A DNA stretch of 9,298 bases. It comes from an uncultured Erysipelotrichaceae bacterium (lineage in GTDB: Bacteria > Bacillota_I > Bacilli_A > Erysipelotrichales > Erysipelotrichaceae). The stretch spans positions 1 through 9,298 of the forward strand of contig CAYWGS010000059.1 of NCBI GenBank assembly GCA_964457525.1, given 5' to 3'. A program made the position numbers and the translations under genes. Within the stretch, counting starts at the first letter, position 1. The number at the start of each line of letters is the position of its first letter. This document shows, piece by piece, positions 7,936 to 9,298 of the stretch. The notes below the pieces were generated by a model. The model made no database searches and was not told the origin of the DNA. It saw nothing but the letters and a program-made list of their open reading frames with translations.

Positions 7936-9276
7936 ATGAAAAACAACATGCTTACAGATTCACCCACTAAGACACTACTCATCTTTAGCCTACCAATCTT
8001 ACTTGGTAACCTTTTACTACAATTCTATAGCATCATTGATTCTGTTGTGGTTGGGAACTATGTTAGTGCGAATGCATTAGGATCTATTGGGAATACAATG
8101 CCAATTATCTTTATGGTTATCTGTATATCGTTTGGATTATCCAATGGAGCTTCGATTCTAATCGGACAGACAATCGGGGCTAAACAGGATCATCGAATCA
8201 AACCATTAGGGTATTCAAGTTTATTCTATGCGATGATGATTGGGCTCGTATTATCGATCATCTGTATTCCTAATGCGATGAACTTGGTTAAAATGATTAA
8301 CACACCACTAGAGCTCCAACAAGACAGCGCAAACTATTTAACCATCTATTTCTATGGTTTAATCTTCGTGTTTGGATTCAATATGATATCCGCAATCTTT
8401 AGGTCACTTGGAGATAGTATGAGTCCGCTAATTTTCTTAATTGTCACATCTGTACTCAATATTATCCTAGACTTAGTATTTGTATTAGTCTTTGAAATGG
8501 GTGTTGAAGGGGTTGCGATTGCGACTGTACTATCACAAGCATTAGCGTTCTTACTACAAATGATCCTTCTTAATATTCGATTAAGAAAATTTACTACTGA
8601 GAATAAACAATGGATTGAACTTAAATCACTCGTACAATTAAGCAAACTTGCACTACCAGCCACTTCTCAAGAAATACTAATCGGGGTAGGCATTATTTTA
8701 ACGCAAGTATTGGTCAATCAATTTGGATCCAATGTTGTTTCAGCGTATACGATCACATCCAAGATTACTGACTTTGTGATGTTGCCGATGGTAAATCTTG
8801 GGATAGGAATGACTGTATTTACCGCTCAAAATGTTGGGGCATTTCAATATGATCGTGTTAAACAAGCACATTTGAACATGTTAAAGATTACATTATCATT
8901 TGGTTTAATTATGGCAATACTTGTAAGTTTATTTGGGAATCAATTAATTTCATTGTTCTTAGGAGAGAACTTAACTCAAGAAATATTAGAAGTAGGAAGA
9001 GTTTATTTATACTATTCCGCAATCACTTTTTTCTTTATGGCAATATTATTCCCAGCCGAGAGTTTACTCAAAGGAGCAGGGGATATCAATATGTTCCTCT
9101 TTATCGCAATCACAGGATCATTTACCAAAATAGTGGCTGCACTAATACTAATCCCTTACTTTGGTATACAAGGGATTTGGTTTGGAATTGCGTTTGGATG
9201 GTTTGTTGAAATGAGTTTAACCTTATATCGATATCGATCCAATAAATGGATTCATAAACGATTAAAAGAGGTGTAA
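7936..9276 (+). CDS. MATE-family multidrug/toxic-compound efflux transporter
   Basis: 446 aa with about 12 hydrophobic helices. The N-terminal signature SPTKTLLIFSLPILLGNLLLQFYSIIDSVVVGNYVSANALGSIG is typical of MATE (NorM/DinF-like) proteins. The RBS AAGAGG lies 5 nt upstream. Confidence 0.88.
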   Translation: MKNNMLTDSPTKTLLIFSLPILLGNLLLQFYSIIDSVVVGNYVSANALGSIGNTMPIIFMVICISFGLSNGASILIGQTIGAKQDHRIKPLGYSSLFYAMMIGLVLSIICIPNAMNLVKMINTPLELQQDSANYLTIYFYGLIFVFGFNMISAIFRSLGDSMSPLIFLIVTSVLNIILDLVFVLVFEMGVEGVAIATVLSQALAFLLQMILLNIRLRKFTTENKQWIELKSLVQLSKLALPATSQEILIGVGIILTQVLVNQFGSNVVSAYTITSKITDFVMLPMVNLGIGMTVFTAQNVGAFQYDRVKQAHLNMLKITLSFGLIMAILVSLFGNQLISLFLGENLTQEILEVGRVYLYYSAITFFFMAILFPAESLLKGAGDINMFLFIAITGSFTKIVAALILIPYFGIQGIWFGIAFGWFVEMSLTLYRYRSNKWIHKRLKEV

Positions 9277-9280
9277 AAAA

Positions 9281-9298
9281 AGACAATTTAGATTGTCT
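9281..9298 (+). terminator. Probable terminator hairpin, cut by the window edge
   Basis: Stem AGACAAT (9281-9287) / ATTGTCT (9292-9298) with loop TTAG, preceded by an A-tract. Any T-tract would lie beyond the window. Confidence 0.45.

Noticed and set aside
8352-8663. 103-aa minus-strand ORF inside the MATE gene
   Set aside because: It is an antisense shadow ORF. The plus-strand frame encodes a continuous 12-helix MATE protein.

Overview
AT-rich window with AAGGAG/GGAGG-type Shine-Dalgarno sites, which looks like an ordinary chromosomal region of a low-GC Firmicute (genus not identifiable from sequence alone). It holds eight well-supported CDS, seven on + and one on -. (1) A 5'-truncated PAP2 membrane phosphatase, a DUF871/MupG-like 6-phospho-glycosidase and a GH1 6-phospho-beta-glucosidase are packed as one apparent operon that ends in a hairpin terminator. 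(2) A stand-alone circularly permuted papain-like (YiiX/C92) protein. (3) A convergent YhhN-family membrane protein on the minus strand. (4) An M20D amidohydrolase. (5) A Na/Pi cotransporter fused to PhoU-like repeats. (6) A MATE efflux transporter. I see no rRNA, tRNA, CRISPR array, transposase, integrase, toxin-antitoxin pair or recognisable defence-system gene, and I do not claim a novel multi-gene system here. The best candidate for something undescribed is the 174-nt spacer upstream of the MATE gene. It contains a plausible sigma-A promoter, a perfect 8-4-8 palindrome, a GGAGG-preceded 15-codon uORF, and a GC-rich cUUCGg terminator hairpin that starts at the uORF stop codon and ends 12 nt before the MATE start. 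This layout fits a leader-peptide or attenuator switch, or alternatively a small autonomous transcript. Secondary observations are motif deviations in the PAP2 and GH1 enzymes and the unusual PAP2/DUF871/GH1 gene association. All functional calls rest on motifs read by eye and need database confirmation.
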